Position numbers and translations under genes: made by a program | The notes under the pieces: generated by a model | What the model saw: the letters and a program-made list of their open reading frames with translations, nothing else | Databases searched by the model: none | What the model was told of the DNA's origin: nothing | From: Gracilinanus agilis | Lineage: Eukaryota | Length of the DNA stretch: 64,000 nt | NCBI RefSeq assembly: GCF_016433145.1 | Contig: NC_058132.1 | Coordinates: forward strand, 207,918,396-207,982,395 | Direction of reading: 5' to 3' | Shown here: in pieces, positions 57,397 through 64,000 of the stretch | Numbering within the stretch: the stretch's first letter is position 1 | Layout: every line of letters begins with the position of its first letter

Positions 57397-57590
57397 CAGT
57401 GTGGTTCCCAAACTTTTTTGGCCTAACACCCCCTTTCCAGAAAAAATATTACTTAGCCCCCTGGAAATTAATTTTTAAAAATTTTAATAGCAATTAATAG
57501 CAAAGATAAATGCACCTGTGGCCATCACCATCTTCCTGGATCGCTGCAGCACCCACCAGGGGGCGGCAGCGCCCACTTTGGGAATCACTG
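57397..57590 (+). mobile_element. Non-autonomous hAT (Charlie-like) element
   Basis: Ends CAGT(GT)GGTTCCCAAAC / CTTTGGGAATCACTG; flanks GTGTAGAC / GTGTATTT. Confidence 0.75.
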
Positions 57591-58404
57591 GTGTATTTCA
57601 GTTGAACGCCCTCACACCCCACCCCTGCAATCTAGGGGAAAACACTCTTAGAGGTCAATGCATATAGCATTGATGCTCACACCAGCTGGTTTTGTTTGTT
57701 TTATTTTTTTAAGTATGTTGGAAAGAGCTTTGGAGTTGGAGTCCCAGTGCCTGGAAGCCTTGGGTGCGATGCCCCAAAACTAGCTGCGAAGTAGTGCCTT
57801 CCTATTCCCACCAGTCTGCGATCATTGAGCCTGACCCCCGATAGATCCAGCTGCATGAGCAGCCAGCACCCCTGTGCTCAGTAACCAGGGGACGATGGAG
57901 ACCTCTGGGCAATCCCCTGCCTCCACGCACATTCCCTTCTACCTCTGTGCCCTCTCATCTTCCTTCTCTCTCACCACCCTTCAGGCACTCGCCCATGAAC
58001 AGTGCCTGCAATGGAGGAGTATGTGGTTAATGAATGCATGTTGATTGATGGAAGAAGGAGGCAGGGTAGCAAAGCCAGGCACACTAATAGCAGCAAGTAA
58101 TAAGTCTCGTAATGAAGAAGGAACAAAAACCACAAGAATGCAGAAGACAGCAGCCTAGGGGAAATTTAGGGCATTACTCTCCAGCACAATGCAATAATTA
58201 ATGCTCAAAATGATGCCACGGAATCATCAGCAGGAAAAGGCAAATTAGATGATGTTCCCGGAATGTAACAGTTGTAAAGGTCCTCACAGGTCCTCTTTAT
58301 CTAAACAGGAATGCTCTCCATGGCGTGCCCAGTAAGTGGCTGGAAGATGTCCACTGAAGGAGAATTTGCTGCTTCCTACTGAAGCCCACTCCATCCTTGA
58401 ATAG

Positions 58405-58593
58405 TTGTGTTGTTTTTTTTGAATCCTCATCTTCCTTCCCTCTTAGAATCCATATTGTGTATTGGTTTCAAGGCAGAAGAGTAATAAGGGCTAGGCAATG
58501 GAGGTGAAGTGACTTGCCCAGGGTCACACAGCTAGGAAATGTCTGTGTCCAGATTTGAACCCAAGATCCCCTGGCTCTCAATCCACTGCCCCC
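58405..58593 (-). mobile_element. SINE1_Mdo-like
   Basis: Same tail and CORE motifs as other copies. Confidence 0.85.
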
Positions 58594-59059
58594 TCCTTAA
58601 GTAGTTCTAATTAGGCACAAAGCTGTTCTCACATGAAGCCAAAATTTGCCTTTATGCAACCTGTATACTTTGTCCCTAATTCATAGACTCTGATTCTGAA
58701 ATGCAAGGGGCTTAAGAAGTCATAGAGAACAAGTTGATTTTTCTTGATTAGGTGGCACACTGGAGTCAGGAAGTCTTGAGTGTAAATGTTTCCTCAGACT
58801 TGCTGTATGACCCTGGGCAAGTCACTTAACTTCTGTTTAACTTAGTCTCTTTAATTGTAAAATGGGAACAAAAATAGCATAGTGCCTGGTACACTTAATA
58901 ATTAATTGTTTCTTGCATTCTTCCCTTCTCCACATTATAGTCCTTCAAATATTTGAAATTCTTTCTTTATGCTAACCATGCTTAACCTCTCCTACTAAGG
59001 CCAGAAGTATCAAACTCTAGGGCCACAATGGACCAAACAGATTAAAATGTAACAGAGAA

Positions 59060-59260
59060 GGGGCAGCTGGGTGGCTTAGTAGATTGAAAGCCAGACCTAG
59101 AGACGAGAGGTCCTAGGTTCAAATCTGGCCTCAGACACTTCCTAGCTGTTATGACCTTGGGCAAGTCACTTAACCCCCGTTACCTAGTTCTTAACACTCT
59201 TCTGCCTTGAAACCAATACACAGTATAGATTCTAAGACAGAAGGTAAGGGCTTAAAAATA
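59060..59260 (+). mobile_element. SINE1_Mdo-like
   Basis: Head GGGGCAGCTGGGTGGCTTAG, CORE, tail GAAGGTAAGGGCTTAAAAA. Confidence 0.9.
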
Positions 59261-59339
59261 TAATTGAAAAATGTTTAACAAAACAAATAAAAATGCAATA
59301 AAACCTAATGTTAAATTTGTAGTTTTCTAAGTCAATTTG

Positions 59340-59910
59340 TAGCCCATAAGGATCCATTTTTATTTGAATGTTGACACCATGGTTATATGCCCTAATCTTG
59401 AGTTCCCTTATCATCCTGGTCATCCTTCTCTGGCTATGCTCCAGATTATACATTCCTCTCCTTGTTCCCTTCTCTCCCCCCCCCCAAAAAAAGCTATGAC
59501 AGCCAGAACTAAATACAATACTCCAAATATATTCTGGGTTGGAATATGGCAGAACCACTGTCTTCCAATGGATTAACTTTCCTGACATCATCCTTCTCCT
59601 TTCTGATACTTTGTCACACAATTTGTCTATACTGAGTTGTCAACTACAACCCTCATTTTTCCCCCCACACTTACTGCTATGTAGCCTTGGCTCCCTTATC
59701 CTGACCATTTTGTATTCATCATTCCCAATGTGGGACTTTACATTTGTTCCTGTTGTATTCTTTTAGTAGATTTAACCCATTGTCCAGTCTTGCCAAATTC
59801 ATTTTGAACCTACCTCTGTCTTTCAGTGTATTAGCTTTTTCTCTAGATCTGACATTTTCTGCAAATTTGCTCAACATGCTATCAATACTTGTATCCCAGT
59901 AATTGTCAAA
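59340..59910 (-). mobile_element. CR1/L3 reverse-transcriptase fossil
   Basis: Minus-strand peptide LSKFAENVRSREKANTLKDRGRFKMNLARL...NRNKCKVPHW matches degraded CR1 RT (SKFADDTKL...NKDKCKVLHLG). Confidence 0.85.
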
Positions 59911-59914
59911 AATC

Positions 59915-60960
59915 AATCAATAAACATTTATTAAGCATCTACTAAAAGTCAGGCACTGTGCCAAGCACTGGGCATACAGAAAGAGACAAAAGAGTTCCTT
60001 CCGTCAAGGAGCTTACAGTCTGCCAGAGGAGACAACATGCAAACAAATATATACAAAGCAAGCTATCTACAGAGAAATAGGAAACAACAGAAAGAAGATG
60101 CTAGAATTGAGAGGTTTGGGGAAGGCTTCTTGTAGAAGATTAGGTTTTAGCTGGGTTTAGGAAGTCAGGCTAGTCAGTAGTCAGACTAGAGGAGGGAGAG
60201 TGTCTCAGGCATGGGGGACAGCCAGAGCCAATGCCCAGAGCTAAGAGATTACGTACCTTCTTCTTTGGACAATGTGATTGGACCTGTTAGAGAGGAAGGT
60301 GTAAGAAGACTGAAAAGGTAGGATGAGTCCAGGTTATGAAAGGATTTAAATGCCAAAGACAGCATCTTATATTTGTTCTTGGAAGCAATAGGGAACCTCT
60401 GGAGTTTATTAGTCAGGGGAGGTGATATGATCAGACTTGGGCTTTAGGAAGATCATTTTCATTCATGTGGAATAGAGAATGAATTAGAGTGGGGAGAGAT
60501 TCGAGGCAGGCAGACCCACCAGCAAAACATCTAATAGTACAGGTGTGAGGAGATAAGGACCTACACCAAAGTGATGGCAGTACCGGGACAGAAGGGGATC
60601 TATTTGAGAGATGTTACAAAAGTGAAAACAGCAGGTCTTGCAAGAACTTGGATATGAGAGGTGAGGAACAGCACGGAATCCAGGATGACTCCTAGGTTGT
60701 GAGCCTGAAGGACTGGGCGGATAATGTTGCCCTCCACAGTAATAGGGAAGGGATGAGGTGGGAAGGATTTGGGGGGGAGATAAATTAGCTCTGCTTTGGA
60801 CCTACTGTGTTTATGTTGTCTATTGAACATCATAAGTTCGAGATGTCTGAAAGGCATTTGGAAATGTGAGACTGGAAGTCAGCAGAAATTAGGGCAGGAA
60901 AAGTAGACTTGAAAATCATCAGCATAGAGATGGTCATTCATATTGAAAACATAACCTAGT
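59915..60960 (-). mobile_element. L2 3' portion
   Basis: AATCAATCAATAAACATTTATTAAGC = reverse L2 3' end, followed by colinear L2 body. Confidence 0.85.
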
Positions 60961-61214
60961 TCCAATTTCTAGAACATTTCAAAGACCTCCCACAAACTTA
61001 ACATCTACATATCAAAGACAATTCTTTAGATCCTGTCATTCACTGTTTCAGGTCCACTTTACTAATATCAACTAACCTATATCATCTCTATTTTGCCCAC
61101 AAAGATAAAAATGAAAGACTTTATGAAACACTTAGCTGAAATGAAGATGTTCCATGTCTATGGCATTTACCTAATTTAGTAACACATGACAAAGGAATCT
61201 GAAATGACTTATAC

Positions 61215-61415
61215 ATTTTTTTAAACCCTTACCTTCCATTTTGGAATCAATACCAAATTTCACTTCCAAGGCAGAAGAGCAGTAAGGGCTAGGCAACTGG
61301 GGTTAAGTGACTTGCCCTGAGTCACACAGCTAGGAAGTATTCGAGGACTGATTTGAACCCAGGACCTTCCATCTCTAGGCCTGATTCTCAGGTCACTGAA
61401 CCACCTGGCTGCCCC
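61215..61415 (-). mobile_element. SINE1_Mdo-like
   Basis: Tail TTTTAAACCCTTACCTTCC, CORE, head ...CTGGCTGCCCC. Confidence 0.88.
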
Positions 61416-62254
61416 TGACCTGTTCTTGAATGAAGACATAATAGTTTTTAGTGACTATTGTTTCTGTTTCTAAAATCTCACAAACCATTCTTTTTAATAA
61501 TTTCTTCTAAAATGTTGCCAGGAATCAAATCAAATTCACAGACCTAGCCTTCTTCCCTTTTGTGAATATTGGTACAATGCATAAACAACCCAGTGCTATG
61601 ACGCCTCTTGAATAAGTGAGTGAAAAATTTTTATTAATCACTTACTAGGTGCCAAGTTCTGCCCTTAATGCCAAGGGTACAAATTGAAAAATTGAGGAAG
61701 TGCCTGTTCACAAAGAGCTCCCATTGCAGGTGAGCAAGTCACCTCTCAGCACTTGCTACTTCATTCAGTGTTCTGGGATGTGATTTTTCTGGGCCTGGTG
61801 ACTCCAACTCATTGATGATGGGCAGGAGTTATCTTTTCCTCCTCATTTATCTTGGGTTTTAACTCTTTGTCAACCACTTTTCCCCTTTCTTTTCCTACCC
61901 CAAATCATTCTCCTGTTTAAATAAAAGAGATGTAAATAAAAGTTGAGTAGTCCAGTCTTTTCTTTGTCATTTGTTATTATCCCATACACCCCTTGCTCTA
62001 GTCTTATCCCTTCTTTGATCTTCAGTGCGCTTTATTATCTCTTGCTTTTATAGCTGGCCCAAGTTCAGAGTTGCTATTAATTTTAGGTCTCCTGGCACCA
62101 TTTGGATAGGGCCTCAGTACTTGTTCCATTCTTAGTTACCTGCAACTGGCTTCCAATTTTTGTAATCTACATTCCCTGGTGAGTTCCTTTTATGTCCTCA
62201 TTAGTTTCTTTAGGTGAGGTCCCTACTTTAGTCATTATCAGAGCCATTTACATT

Positions 62255-62750
62255 TGTATCTTCCAAATTTCATTTTTTAAAAAATTTTTGAAATATTTTT
62301 CCATGTTTACATATTTCATTTTCTTTCCTTCCCCTCCCTGCTCCTGGATCCAATTAGCATTTCCACTGGGTTATACAAATATTATCATTTATACCAATTT
62401 GCATATTATTCATTTTTGCAATAGGACAGTCTTTTAAAACCAAAACCCCCAATCATATATCCATATAAACAAATAAGTCTATTGTTTTTCTTCTAGATTT
62501 CTACTCCTACAGTTCTTTTTCTCGATATGGATAACATTATTTCTTATAAGTCCCTCGGGATTGTCTTGTATTAGCAAAGTCCGTTACATTCGATTGTTCC
62601 ACAGTGTTTCATTTTCTGTGTTAATGTTCTCTTGGTTCTGCTCCTTTCATTCTGCATCAGTTCCCGGGAGTTCTTCCAGTTCACATAGAAATCTTCCAGT
62701 TCATCATTCCTTTCAGCACAATAGTATTCCATCACCAACATATACCACAC
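62255..62750 (-). mobile_element. L1 3' end (ORF2 C-terminus + 3'UTR)
   Basis: Minus ORF VWYMLVMEYYCAERNDE...ELMQNERSRTKRTL matches L1 ORF2 C-terminus. Confidence 0.88.
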
Positions 62751-64000
62751 CAAATTTCATTCTTGAAAGCTTTCCACAACCACTTGAACTGACTTCCTTG
62801 TAGAATATTAGGTGATGAGTCCTATCTATCCTTGCTCTGAACTCCCTGAAATATATTCTCCTACAATGTAAGTTGCACCCTGGTCAGAGAAGGCCCAACT
62901 TCCCTTCTCTGTTATGAATTCTATGATATATTGTTTTCTCCCTCCCAAAATTTTCAGCATTTCTTCTTTGGCAGCTGGTTCCCTCTTACTGGTCAGAACT
63001 GGACCTGCCACTGCAATTTTCATTATGGCCTTCCCTTTTTGAAATACAAAATTATCTTTAAGTCAAGTCAAGAATTTGTTAGCTGTTCTGCTTTAGGCAG
63101 ATAGAGACACAGGCAGAAAGACATCTTCTTTGGAGCTGAATGGATGAAATCCTCCATAAATCATGCAACTATTTGAACTATTTGAACAAATGGATAGAAC
63201 ACCAGACCAGGAAACAGAAAATCTTGAGTTTAAATTTGGCCCCGGACACTTAGATGCAGCCAGTGGCAAGTGACTCTTTTGTCTACCTCAGTTTCCTCAC
63301 CTGTAAAATAAGGATAATTTCAGCATTTGCCTTTCAAGGTTATAATCATCAAATAACATGTTTGTAAAGCACTTAGTGCAATGCCTGGCACATAGTAGAT
63401 GCTTAATAAATGCTTTTTCTCTTCTCCCCCAACCCCCATCTTCTGTGCCAGGTTCGTGATCACTGGGAGTCATAGAGCATCACTGAGAGTATTAATCTGC
63501 GTGTGTTATCAGAAAAAGAGACAACTTGGCCACGTACCCAGAGTAAGGGATAACAGACAGCTCAAGCGCTGGCCTGGCTCGATAGGCCAATCTTTTATGG
63601 AGGATTAATGGAAAGACATAGGCAAGAATTGCACAATTGGAGGCCTGGAGCAATTGTGATCTGCTCCAATGGAGGGAACCCCTAGACTCTGGAGATCACG
63701 GAGGCATCGAAGCATCCTGGGTTTAAGAAGACAGGATATAACGCATATTAAAACGAGCCCAATAAAAAATAGCAAAAGACAAAAATTTGGTGCTAAAAAG
63801 GAGAAGCTTCAGTGACCTGGAACACCCAATCATGTGAAACCCCTCATTCTCTTCAGGCAGATAAATGGGCTTTGCTGGATTTGGGAAACACATTGATATG
63901 CAGGGAATGTGATGGAAAGGATGTCTATGTGTAGATTTTATTTCACTTTGGAGAATTTCAGAGTGTGGAGGTGGCGGGTGGAATGGAAAGAGCGCAGGAT

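Noticed and set aside
1-64000. Prokaryote-type systems (CRISPR arrays, operons), tRNA or rRNA genes
   Set aside because: Vertebrate intron-exon DNA; no regularly spaced repeats; tRNA-like motifs are SINE heads only
57600-64000. A second gene downstream of SORL1
   Set aside because: No spliceable coding exons recognised; region dominated by SINE1, CR1, L2, L1 and MIR fragments

Overview
Eukaryotic (marsupial) genomic DNA holding the 3' half of SORL1 (sortilin-related receptor, SorLA/LR11) on the + strand. There are 24 coding exons, numbered 25-48 by counting back from the terminal exon of the 48-exon human gene. All have GT-AG boundaries and join into one open frame of 3185 nt. They encode LDL-receptor class A repeats CR3-CR11, the fibronectin type III region, the transmembrane helix and the cytoplasmic tail (FANSHY, acidic cluster, ...DDVPMVIA*). 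A probable ~4.1-4.4 kb 3'UTR and ~8 kb of downstream flank follow. The repeat content (SINE1_Mdo-like, MAR1, MIR, L1, L2, CR1/L3, 7SL-derived copies), low CpG and a 175-N gap point to an opossum (Monodelphis-type) assembly; this species call is an inference. Most ORFs in the supplied track are chance ORFs or exon read-throughs. The most unusual accessory features are: (1) a young non-coding two-LTR retroelement, antisense in intron 33, whose LTRs carry a sense-strand 3' splice site fused to a 5' splice site plus an AATAAA at the CR/FN3 domain boundary; (2) a nested palindromic hAT MITE; (3) a (TA)13-T14 tract between the likely branch point and acceptor of exon 37; (4) a compact Pumilio/miR-17/miR-92 motif cluster in the proximal 3'UTR. 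Repeat family names and human comparisons are from recall and were not checked against databases; repeat ends are approximate unless TSDs or TIRs are quoted.
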